Notes under the pieces: generated by a model | Databases searched by the model: none | Seen by the model: only the letters and a program-made list of their open reading frames with translations | What the model was told of the DNA's origin: nothing | Part shown: positions 8,553 to 16,623 of the stretch, one piece after another | Layout: each line of letters begins with the position of its first letter | Numbering within the stretch: the stretch's first letter is position 1 | NCBI GenBank assembly: GCA_036261495.1 | Contig: DATAKR010000058.1 | Span: 1-48,328 of the forward strand | Reading direction: 5' to 3' | Source: Acidimicrobiales bacterium | Lineage (GTDB): Bacteria; Actinomycetota; Acidimicrobiia; Acidimicrobiales; CADCTF01 | Length of the DNA: 48,328 nt | Made by a program: the position numbers and the translations under genes

Positions 8553-9791
8553 ATGTCCGCGACCGACGACGTGGTCGACCTGCGCGAGGTCGAGCTGTTC
8601 GACCCCGAGCACTGGGCCGACCCGCACCCCCTCTACCACCACCTCCGCGCCGCGGCGCCGATCTGGCGGAACGAGCGGTACGGCGAGTGGGTGCTCACCC
8701 GGTTCTCCGACTGCGAGGCAGTGCTGCGCGACCCGCGGTTCAGCACCAACCCCGCCCACCTCGACCCGAGCCTGCTGCCGGTCGAGGTCAACGACATGCG
8801 CACCGACCTGCTGGGGCTCGACGCCAACGTCCTGCTGTTCATGGATCCGCCCGATCACACCCGGCTTCGGCGCCTGGTCAACCCGGCGTTCTCGCCGCGG
8901 GCGGTGGAGGCACTTCGCGCCCGCATTCGCGAGCTCGTCGCGCAGCTGCTCGACGAGGCGGCCGAGAAGGCGCGCGACGCCGGCGAGTTCGACGTGCTCG
9001 CGGACCTCGGCTACCCGCTCCCGGTGATCGTCATCTGCGAGCTGCTCGGCGTGCCGGCCGACGACCGCCACCTGTTCGGGCCGTGGTCGTCCGCGGCGAC
9101 GCGCCTTCTCGACGGTGACCTCCCGGCCGACGAGGCCAACCGCGGCGTGATCGCCGCGATGAACGTCCTCAACTACCTCAACGGCCTCATCGAGGACCAC
9201 CGCGCCCATCCTCGCGACGACCTCCTCTCGAAGATGATCGCGGCGGAGGACGACGGTGAGAGCCTCACCGAGGCCGAGCTGCGGCTCATGGCGATGCTGT
9301 TGTTCCTCGCCGGCCACGAGACGACGATGAACCTCATCGGCAACGGTGCGAAGGCACTCCTGCAGCACCGGCGGGAGTGGGAGCGGCTGTGCGCCGACCC
9401 CTCGCTCGTGCCGTCGGCCGTCGAGGAGCTCCTCCGCTACGACGGCCCGGTGCACATGACGGCGCGGATCCCGACCGCCGACATCGAGGTCGGCGGCCAC
9501 GTCTTCCGCAAGGGCGAGCAGCTCGTCGCGCTGCTCGCCGCCGCCAACCGCGACCCGGCGCGGTTCGCGGACCCCGACCGACTCGACGTCACCCGACCCG
9601 ACAACCGGCACCTCGCCTTCTCCCACGGCATCCACATCTGCCTCGGGGCGGCGCTGGCGCGCATCGAGGCCCAGGAGGCGTTCGCGGCGCTGGCCCGGCG
9701 CTTCCCCGACATCGACTTCGCAGACGGCGTGCCGGAGTACCGCGACCATCGCGTGCTCCGAGGTCTGCGCGACCTGCGCGTCACCGCCTGA
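8553..9791 (+). CDS. cytochrome P450
   Basis: EELLRYD (ExxR) and the heme loop FSHGIHICLGAALAR. Start moved to ATG 8553, 11 nt after GGGGAGG. Confidence 0.9.
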   Translation: MSATDDVVDLREVELFDPEHWADPHPLYHHLRAAAPIWRNERYGEWVLTRFSDCEAVLRDPRFSTNPAHLDPSLLPVEVNDMRTDLLGLDANVLLFMDPPDHTRLRRLVNPAFSPRAVEALRARIRELVAQLLDEAAEKARDAGEFDVLADLGYPLPVIVICELLGVPADDRHLFGPWSSAATRLLDGDLPADEANRGVIAAMNVLNYLNGLIEDHRAHPRDDLLSKMIAAEDDGESLTEAELRLMAMLLFLAGHETTMNLIGNGAKALLQHRREWERLCADPSLVPSAVEELLRYDGPVHMTARIPTADIEVGGHVFRKGEQLVALLAAANRDPARFADPDRLDVTRPDNRHLAFSHGIHICLGAALARIEAQEAFAALARRFPDIDFADGVPEYRDHRVLRGLRDLRVTA

Positions 9792-9844
9792 CCCTCGTCC
9801 CGCCGGCGCGCGGTCGGGGCTCGGAGTGGGAAGGTTGTCCTCCG

Positions 9845-10852
9845 ATGGCGCTCGACAAGTACCAGTCGATGCGGGACTTCGAGAGGACGGCCGAGCCGTC
9901 GGGCACCGACGAGCCGGAGATCTCCGAGCACGAGGCGAGGGGCGAGCCGCGCTTCGTGGTGCAGGAGCACCACGCGACCGCCCTGCACTGGGACTTCCGC
10001 CTCGAACGTGGAGGGGTGCTGGTGTCGTGGGCGCTTCCGAAGGGCGTCCCCCCGCATCCGAAGGTCAACAACATGGCCGTGCACACCGAGGACCACCCCC
10101 TCAGCTACTTCGACTTCGCGGGCGACATCCCCGAGGGGGAGTACGGCGGCGGCAAGGTGATGCTCTGGGACCAGGGCACCTACGACGAGCTCAAGTGGAG
10201 CGACCGCGAGGTGATGGTCGTCCTCCACGGCGAGCGGGCCCGCGGCAAGTACGTGCTCTTCAAGACCGGCAACGACGCCCGCAGCTGGATGATCCACCGG
10301 ATGGATCCGCCCGAGGACCCCACACGGGAGCTGGTGCCCCGCGACGTCCGCCCGGCGGCTCCGGAGGAGGGACCCCTGCCTCGCGGCGACGCCGCCCGCG
10401 GTTGGCGGTGGATGCCGACGTGGGGCGGTGCCCGCGTCGCGATCACGGTCGAAGGGGGCCGGTGCACGGCGCGGGAGGCCGCCGGCGACGACGTCACGAA
10501 GGCGTGGAAGGTGCTCGCCCCGTTCGGGCGCGCCGTCGGGTCGTTGGCGGTCGTGTTCGCCGGCGAGCTGGTGCATGCGTCGGCCTCGTCGAAGGACGGC
10601 GGGGCCGTGTTCCTCGACGACGTGCTGTGGCTCGACGGGCACGACGTCTCCGCACTGCCGTTCGCAACGCGGCGGTCGCGGCTCGAGGAGACGGGTCTCG
10701 AAGGGCCGGCGTGGCACGTCGCCCCGGCGTTCGACGAGCCGGCAGTGCTGCTCGAGGCGGCGGCGGCGCAGGGCCTGCCCGGCATCCTCGGTGTGCGTGA
10801 CGACGCGCCCTACGGCCCACCGCGGCTCGTCCGCACGGGCGACGTCGCCTGA
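9845..10852 (+). CDS. LigD-type 3'-phosphoesterase domain fused to a degenerate ATP-dependent-ligase-like domain
   Basis: C-terminal 335 aa of ORF 9377..10852, from MALDKYQSMRDFERTAEP. PE motifs FVVQEHHATALHWDFRLE, SWALPKGVP, HTEDHPLSYFDF and GEYGGGKVMLWD are present. The ligase-like tail has motif I reading TWGG instead of KxDG. Confidence 0.8.
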   Translation: MALDKYQSMRDFERTAEPSGTDEPEISEHEARGEPRFVVQEHHATALHWDFRLERGGVLVSWALPKGVPPHPKVNNMAVHTEDHPLSYFDFAGDIPEGEYGGGKVMLWDQGTYDELKWSDREVMVVLHGERARGKYVLFKTGNDARSWMIHRMDPPEDPTRELVPRDVRPAAPEEGPLPRGDAARGWRWMPTWGGARVAITVEGGRCTAREAAGDDVTKAWKVLAPFGRAVGSLAVVFAGELVHASASSKDGGAVFLDDVLWLDGHDVSALPFATRRSRLEETGLEGPAWHVAPAFDEPAVLLEAAAAQGLPGILGVRDDAPYGPPRLVRTGDVA

Positions 10853-10878
10853 CCAGCGGCGTGCCGGCTGATTGCCGC

Positions 10879-10900
10879 CTGTATACGCAGGAGTATACAG
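10879..10900. promoter_or_regulatory. perfect 8-bp inverted repeat CTGTATAC-N6-GTATACAG (operator-like), flanked by direct TTGCCGCC repeats (10872..10879, 10901..10908)
   Basis: Read directly. AT-rich island about 40 nt upstream of the predicted start at 10939. Confidence 0.55.
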
Positions 10901-10938
10901 TTGCCGCCGTTGTCACCACTTGGGGGGTGCTCGCGCGG

Positions 10939-12042
10939 ATGACCACGCTGCAGACCGAGTTCACGGCCGACGAGATCCTCATGGATCAACCGATCGCCGA
11001 GCCGCTCGTCACCGGCGGGGTCCGGTGCCACGGCGGGTTCGACGACACCGGCCGGTACGTCTCGCCGCGCACGCGCTTCCGCGTGCCCGGCATCGAGGCA
11101 TGGCAGCAGAAGCACCGCGAGGAGTTCGGCAACGAGATCCTCGACATCCCGCTCGAGACGTGGCCGTCGCACTACCCGAACGTCGCCCAGGCCCGCTACC
11201 TCATCGAGGCGGGGGTGCCCGAGCCGCTCGTGTCGACGCTCACGCGGATCGGCACGGTGGAGGGGTTCGGCGCCAACATCCGCTTCCTGCAGCCCGGCGA
11301 CATGCAGCGCCACTTCGACGAGTCGATCACCGGCACCGCGGTCGATCACCTGGGCAAGGGCCTGTTCGAGGCGCACGGCCGCGACGAGGCCGGGTGGGAG
11401 CGCGAAGCGGGGCACAAGGACATGTGGTTCACGGCGCGCGACATCGCGTTCGAGAACCCGTCGGCCCACATCGACATCGACGGCATGCTCCAGCGGATGG
11501 GGTTCGGCCAGAACCGGGGCTCCGGCGGCGGCGGGGGCGGTCCGCTGTTCGAGCGCCTCCTGCCCGACGACATCGACGCCAACCTCGAGCTCATCGCCGG
11601 GCTGATGACGCGCGTGCTGCTCATCGAGATCCAGGCGTTCCACACCTTCCGGTGGGCCGAGGCGTGGCTCTCCGACGACCAGCTCGTCGCCGGCGACGGC
11701 GAGGCCGCGAAGATCGTCACCTACATCCGCGCCGACGAGACGCCCCACGTCGGTTACCTCAAGACGGCGCTGACCGAGATGCGCGACCGCACCTGGATCG
11801 GCGAGTCCGGCAAGAAGTACGCGGGCGAGGAGATGATCGGGCGCATCTGGAACGCGGCGCTCGACCAGTCGCTCGGCGCCGGTCGCGAGCAGAACCGCAA
11901 GGCCATCCTCGGCGAGGTCGAGCACTTCTGCGGCAAGCGCCCCAACGGCGCCGAGATCCTCGAGGGCTTCCACGCCCTCGGCGACGGTGACCGCCCGGAG
12001 GCCGGCGGCGCCGCCGAGTACGGCCAACCGGCCACGTACTAG
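10939..12042 (+). CDS. conserved-looking hypothetical protein (Glu/His-rich helical motifs, internal Gly6 linker)
   Basis: ORF 10861..12042. The first about 26 codons use AT-ending codons and contain the palindrome, so the start is placed at ATG 10939. I do not recognise a family. Motifs LFEAHGRDEAGWE, LLIEIQAFH and ADETPHVGYL are noted. Confidence 0.6.
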   Translation: MTTLQTEFTADEILMDQPIAEPLVTGGVRCHGGFDDTGRYVSPRTRFRVPGIEAWQQKHREEFGNEILDIPLETWPSHYPNVAQARYLIEAGVPEPLVSTLTRIGTVEGFGANIRFLQPGDMQRHFDESITGTAVDHLGKGLFEAHGRDEAGWEREAGHKDMWFTARDIAFENPSAHIDIDGMLQRMGFGQNRGSGGGGGGPLFERLLPDDIDANLELIAGLMTRVLLIEIQAFHTFRWAEAWLSDDQLVAGDGEAAKIVTYIRADETPHVGYLKTALTEMRDRTWIGESGKKYAGEEMIGRIWNAALDQSLGAGREQNRKAILGEVEHFCGKRPNGAEILEGFHALGDGDRPEAGGAAEYGQPATY

Positions 12043-12088
12043 AAACGACCTGCCGCGAGCCGCGGCAGCGACCAGGGGGGAACGGCCG

Positions 12089-13444
12089 ATGAAGTTCGGC
12101 ATCTTCTACGAGCACCAGCACCCGCGCCCGTGGACCGACGACAGCGAGCGCCAGCTCATCCAGGACGCGCTCGACCAGGTGGAGCTGGCCGACAAGCTCG
12201 GCATCCAGTACGTCTGGGAGGTCGAGCACCACTTCCTCGAGGAGTACTCGCACTCGAGCGCGCCCGAGGTGTTCCTCGCGGCGGCGAGCCAGCGGACGAA
12301 GAACATCCGTCTCGGCCACGGCATCGTGCAGACCGCACCCTTCTACAACCACCCGGCCCGCACCGCCGAGCGCATCGCCACGCTCGACCTCGTCTCGAAC
12401 GGTCGCGTCGAGTTCGGGTCGGGCGAGTCGTCGTCGGAGGCCGAGCTCGGCGGGTTCCGGATCGACCCTGCAGTGAAGCGCGAGCAGTGGAAGGAGGGGC
12501 TCGAGGTCGCCATCCGCTGCATGACCGAGACGCCCTTCACGGGCGTCGACGGCCGGTTCGTGCAGATGCCTCCCCGCAACGTCGTGCCCAAGCCGGTGCA
12601 GAAGCCGCACCCGCCGCTCTGGGTGGCGTGCAGCCGGCGCGACACGATCCACCTCGCCGCCCAGCTCGGCATCGGGGCGCTCACGTTCGCCTTCATCGAC
12701 CCCGAGGAGGCGAAGCACTGGGTCGCCGACTACTACGGCACCCTCGAGAACGAGGGCGTTCCCGTCGGCAAGGTCGTGAACCCGAACATCGCCTGCGTCA
12801 CCACGTTCATGTGCGCGCCCACCGAGGAGCAGGCGATCGCGCGCGGCCTCGAGGGCGCGAACTTCTTTGGCTACTCCCTTGCCCACTACTACGTGTTCGG
12901 CGAGCACCGCCCCGGCGTCACCGACGTCTGGCAGGAGTACCAGGAGCGCCGCGACCAGCACGGCTACTCGGTCGACGCCGCCGCCATCGAGCAGGAGCGC
13001 CTCGGCGCCAAGATCGCCGCCGGCGACAACACCGGGCTCCGGGGCGCCGTCGGCACGCCCGACCAGATCCGGGAGTTCCTGCGGCGCTACGAGGAGATGG
13101 GCGTCGACCAGATCATCTTCGTGAGCCAGGCCGGCAAGAACCGGCACGAGGACATCATGGAGAGCCTCGAGCTGTTCGGCCGCGAGGTGCTCCCCGAGTT
13201 CGTCGAGCGCGACGAGAAGCTCTCGGCCGACAAGGCCAAGCGCATGGCGCCGATCGTCGAGAAGGCCATGGCCCGCAAGGCCGACGACGCCCCGCCGCTG
13301 CCGGCGCCCGACTACTCGTTCCCGGCGATGCCGCGACGCATGGCCGAGGCCACCGGCAACACCGAGCTCAAGGAGATGCTCGAGAAGGTCGCCGACGACC
13401 GCGCCTCGGGCCGCCGCGACCCTCGCGCCGGCATCATCGGCTGA
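12089..13444 (+). CDS. luciferase-like (LLM class) flavin/F420-dependent oxidoreductase
   Basis: Starts MKFGIFYEHQHPRPW... after AGGGGGG. TIM-barrel LLM pattern: HHFLEEYSHSSAPEVFL, GHGIV, GRVEFGSGES, QKPHPPLWVA. Confidence 0.8.
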   Translation: MKFGIFYEHQHPRPWTDDSERQLIQDALDQVELADKLGIQYVWEVEHHFLEEYSHSSAPEVFLAAASQRTKNIRLGHGIVQTAPFYNHPARTAERIATLDLVSNGRVEFGSGESSSEAELGGFRIDPAVKREQWKEGLEVAIRCMTETPFTGVDGRFVQMPPRNVVPKPVQKPHPPLWVACSRRDTIHLAAQLGIGALTFAFIDPEEAKHWVADYYGTLENEGVPVGKVVNPNIACVTTFMCAPTEEQAIARGLEGANFFGYSLAHYYVFGEHRPGVTDVWQEYQERRDQHGYSVDAAAIEQERLGAKIAAGDNTGLRGAVGTPDQIREFLRRYEEMGVDQIIFVSQAGKNRHEDIMESLELFGREVLPEFVERDEKLSADKAKRMAPIVEKAMARKADDAPPLPAPDYSFPAMPRRMAEATGNTELKEMLEKVADDRASGRRDPRAGIIG

Positions 13445-13479
13445 GGCCGCCACCGCCCCCCAACACCACCCCCTCCCCA

Positions 13480-13526
13480 TTCTGCAGGCACAGGCGCGGC
13501 CTGGAGCCGCGCCAGCGCCTGCAGAA
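13480..13526. repeat. palindromic intergenic element, copy 1 (TTCTGCAGGCACAGGCGCGGC-ctgga-GCCGCGCCAGCGCCTGCAGAA)
   Basis: Read directly. Stem has 2 mismatches. Nearly identical to 39902..39950. Lies between convergent genes, so it probably also acts as a terminator. Confidence 0.8.
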
Positions 13527-13530
13527 CGGT

Positions 13531-13568
13531 GGGGGGACGGGTGCCGGCGGGGGGGACGGGTGCCGGCG
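13531..13568. repeat. perfect 19-bp tandem duplication GGGGGGACGGGTGCCGGCG x2 (plus a partial third); G-quadruplex-type tract
   Basis: Read directly, position by position. Confidence 0.85.
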
Positions 13569-13582
13569 GGGGGTCCGGGTCG

Positions 13583-14014
13583 CTATGGGTTCTCGGTGGT
13601 GTGGAGCGCGGCTTCCTCGGCGCTGTAGGAACCCTCGTCCTCGGAGTAGAGCATCCCGACCGCGTCCTTCTCGTCGTCGACCTCGTCGACGTCGTAGGAC
13701 CCCGGCTCGACGATTCGACCGACGAGTGGTCGACCTTCGTCGGACGCGTCGGCGTCCTCCGGGTGGACGTCGTCTTCGTCGACGTCGGGGCGTTCCTGCC
13801 GCGCCCGCTCCTCGACCGATTCCTCGAGCCGCTCCTCCTCCTGCGTGGTGCCGAAGGAGTCGACGGCGCGGGGGTGCTCGCGGGGCGGGATGATGCCGCC
13901 GTCGAAGTCGTCGACGTTGTCGTCGAGGACGGGGATCCCCTCGGCATCGAGGTCGTCGGCGTTGTCGTAGTTGTTGTCGGGCTCGACCACGGACGCAGTC
14001 CTACCCGAACGCAC
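13583..14014 (-). CDS. highly acidic protein, DUF5709-like
   Basis: 143 aa, Asp/Glu rich. FGTTQEEERLEESVEERARQERPD ... VGRIVEP ... SAEEAALHTTE resembles the DUF5709 pattern as I recall it. Confidence 0.6.
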   Translation of the reverse strand: MRSGRTASVVEPDNNYDNADDLDAEGIPVLDDNVDDFDGGIIPPREHPRAVDSFGTTQEEERLEESVEERARQERPDVDEDDVHPEDADASDEGRPLVGRIVEPGSYDVDEVDDEKDAVGMLYSEDEGSYSAEEAALHTTENP

Positions 14015-14033
14015 CCCGGATCGTCACGTCACG

Positions 14034-14504
14034 TCACGTCGCGGCGAGGTCAAGCGCGGCGCGTGCCGCCTCGCTGGGGCCGCCGACGGCGGTGATGCCG
14101 TCGATCGGCCAGGTTCCGAGGCCCACGACGGGGCGGCCGATCTTGAGCGCGAACGCGATCTCTGAGAGGGTCCCGTGCTCTCCGCCGATGGCGACGAGTG
14201 CGTCGGCGGCCCGCACCACGAGGACGTTGCGCGCCTCACCGAGCCCGGTCGCGATGGCGACGTCGACGAAGTCGTTGGCGGCGGCTCGGTCGTCGCCGGG
14301 CAGGATGCCCACGGTCGTGCCGCCGGCGTCCTTCGCGCCGCGGCACGCCGCCGCCATGACACCGCCGAGTCCTCCGCAGACGACGACGGCGCCGGCCGCC
14401 CCGAGACGCCGGCCGACCTCGAACGCCTCGGCGACCTCATCGTCCGACGCCATCGCCGCACCCACGACGGCGACATAGGGAGCGGCTGGCAGACTCGGCG
14501 CCAT
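14034..14504 (-). CDS. TIGR00725/LOG-like (SLOG) family protein
   Basis: YVAVVGAAMASDDE..., VVVCGGLGGVMAAACRGAKDAGGTTVGILPG, ALVAIGGEHGTLSEIAFALKIGRPVV. Start taken at ATG 14504. A longer alternative start is at 14540. Confidence 0.7.
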   Translation of the reverse strand: MAPSLPAAPYVAVVGAAMASDDEVAEAFEVGRRLGAAGAVVVCGGLGGVMAAACRGAKDAGGTTVGILPGDDRAAANDFVDVAIATGLGEARNVLVVRAADALVAIGGEHGTLSEIAFALKIGRPVVGLGTWPIDGITAVGGPSEAARAALDLAAT

Positions 14505-14868
14505 GGAGCCCACCGTCGCGGAAACCACCGTGTGGTTCAACCCGAGCTGCTCGAAGTGCCGTGGCGCCCGGGAGATCCTGGAGTCGTGCGGGGTCGAGGC
14601 GGCCTACGTCGAGTACCTGCACGATGCCCCCGACCGGGCCGAGCTCGAGCGGGTGATGGTGCTCCTCGGGATCGACGACCCGCGCCAGATGATGCGTACC
14701 GGCGAGCCGGTGTACGCCGACCTCGGGCTGGCGGCCGCCGACGCCGACCGGCTGCTCGACGCCATGGTGGAGCACCCGATCCTGATCGAGCGCCCCATCG
14801 TCATCCGGGGCGACCGCGCCGTCATCGCGCGACCGCCCGAGCGCGTGCGGGAGCTGCTCGACACCTGA
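14503..14868 (+). CDS. ArsC/Spx-family thioredoxin-fold reductase
   Basis: 121 aa. WFNPSCSKCRGAREIL near the N-terminus, and ...HPILIERPIV. Confidence 0.75.
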   Translation: MEPTVAETTVWFNPSCSKCRGAREILESCGVEAAYVEYLHDAPDRAELERVMVLLGIDDPRQMMRTGEPVYADLGLAAADADRLLDAMVEHPILIERPIVIRGDRAVIARPPERVRELLDT

Positions 14869-14907
14869 GGCGGTCGCAGGCGGGAGCCGTAGACTCGTCG
14901 GTGCACG

Positions 14908-15504
14908 ATGACGCAACCCCGCCAGCTCCTCGATCGCCCGGCGCGTCGCGAGGCGATCCTCAGGGGCGCCGCCGACGCCTTCGCGGTGAAGGGCTTCGCC
15001 GCGACCTCGATGGAGGACGTCGCCGCGGCCGCCGGCATCACGAAGCTGATCGTCTACCGGCACTTCGAGTCGAAGCAGGAGCTGTACGACGCCGTGCTCG
15101 AGCGGGTCGCCGACCGGCTCCGTGACGAGTGGGTGCAGCGGCTTGCACCTGGGCGCGCCGCGACCGGTGCGGTGCACTCGCTGCTCGCGGTCGCCCGGGA
15201 GGACCCCGCCGGCTTCACCTTGCTCTGGCGCCATGCGGCGCGCGAACCGCAGTTCGCCCCGCATGCCGACGACATCCGAGCCCGCGGCGTCAGGGCGGCC
15301 GCCCGCGTCCTCGCGCCCGCACCGCTGCCCGACGACGTCAAGGCGTGGGCGGCGTCGACGGTCGTCACCTACCTGGTCACGGCGGTGCTCGGGTGGCTCG
15401 AACAGGGCTCGCCCGACCGCGACGGGGCGTTCGCCGAGATGCTGACCCGCTCGCTTCCCGCGCTCGTCGGCTCGTGGGCGGGTGCCTCGCCAGGAAACGG
15501 ATGA
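14908..15504 (+). CDS. TetR-family transcriptional regulator
   Basis: N-terminal HTH ILRGAADAFAVKGFAATSMEDVAAAAGITKLIVYRHFESKQELY. Confidence 0.85.
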   Translation: MTQPRQLLDRPARREAILRGAADAFAVKGFAATSMEDVAAAAGITKLIVYRHFESKQELYDAVLERVADRLRDEWVQRLAPGRAATGAVHSLLAVAREDPAGFTLLWRHAAREPQFAPHADDIRARGVRAAARVLAPAPLPDDVKAWAASTVVTYLVTAVLGWLEQGSPDRDGAFAEMLTRSLPALVGSWAGASPGNG

Positions 15505-15529
15505 AGGCCGCGAACTAGTCTCCGCCGCC

Positions 15530-16555
15530 ATGCGAGCCGCGGTGATGCGCAACAGGGAGCTGATCGTCGACGAGGTGGCCGATCCGGTCCCCGCGCAAGG
15601 AGAGCTTCTCGTCCGGACGCTCGCCTGCGGGATCTGCGGGTCCGACCTCCACGCCCTGCGTCACGGCGATCAGATGGTCGACATGTCGCGCACCGCGGGC
15701 GCGCCCTTCGTCATGGACCTCGAGCGTGACGTCGTGATGGGTCACGAGTTCTGCGCCGAGGTGCTCGACGTGGGCCCCGACACGGCGGCGATGGTGAAGT
15801 CGGGCGACCGCATCGTGTCGATCCCGGTCGTGCTGACCGCGACCGGCGGTCTCCACTCCGTCGGCTACTCGAACGACTACCCGGGCGGCTACGCCGAGCG
15901 GATGCTGCTCTCGTCGATGCTGGCACTTCCCGTCCCGAACGGCCTCGACAGCGAGCTGGCCGCGCTCACCGAGCCGATGGCCGTGGGTCGCCATGCCGTC
16001 GCCCGCTCCGGCATCACACCTGGTCACGCGGCGCTGGTGGTCGGCTGCGGACCGGTCGGTCTCGCCGTCATCGCCGAGCTGGCGCGCCTCGGCATCGGCC
16101 CCATCGTCGCCGCCGACTTCTCGCCGGCCCGGCGGGCGCTCGCCGAGACGATGGGTGCCACCGAGGTCGTCGACCCGGAGGTCGAGGCGCCCATCGCGGC
16201 GTGGCAGCGCGTCGACGGCGCCAAGCAGCTCGTGATGTTCGAGGCGGTCGGTGTGCCCGGCATGATCGACCAGGCGATGCTCGCCGCGCCGCGGGGCACG
16301 AAGATCCTCGTCGTCGGGGTCTGCATGGAGCCCGACACGGTGCGCCCGATGATCGGCATCGGCAAGGAGCTCGACCTGGCCTTCGCCCTCGGGTACTCCT
16401 ACGAGGAGTTCGCCGGCACGCTGCGCTCCATCGCCGAGGGCGAGCTCGACGTCTCGCCGCTGATCACCGGGCGTGTCGGCCTCGACGGCGTGCCGAAGGC
16501 CTTCGTCGACCTCGGCAACCCCGAGTCGCACTGCAAGATCCTCGTCGAGCCCTGA
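15530..16555 (+). CDS. zinc-dependent medium-chain alcohol dehydrogenase
   Basis: MRAAVMRNRELIV..., ACGICGSDLH, GHEF, and the Rossmann motif VVGCGPVGLAV. Start ATG 15530 lies inside ORF 15482..16555. Confidence 0.85.
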   Translation: MRAAVMRNRELIVDEVADPVPAQGELLVRTLACGICGSDLHALRHGDQMVDMSRTAGAPFVMDLERDVVMGHEFCAEVLDVGPDTAAMVKSGDRIVSIPVVLTATGGLHSVGYSNDYPGGYAERMLLSSMLALPVPNGLDSELAALTEPMAVGRHAVARSGITPGHAALVVGCGPVGLAVIAELARLGIGPIVAADFSPARRALAETMGATEVVDPEVEAPIAAWQRVDGAKQLVMFEAVGVPGMIDQAMLAAPRGTKILVVGVCMEPDTVRPMIGIGKELDLAFALGYSYEEFAGTLRSIAEGELDVSPLITGRVGLDGVPKAFVDLGNPESHCKILVEP

Positions 16556-16623
16556 CCTCTGAGCCCTCGAGCAGCGGGCCGGCGGAGAGGGAGGTAGCGG
16601 GACCGCCCGCCTAGCCTGGGCTC

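Noticed and set aside
14023-14040. Pentanucleotide repeat (GTCAC x3.6) between the LOG-like and acidic-protein genes.
   Set aside because: The repeat is real, but it is very short and overlaps a stop codon. I cannot support any function for it.
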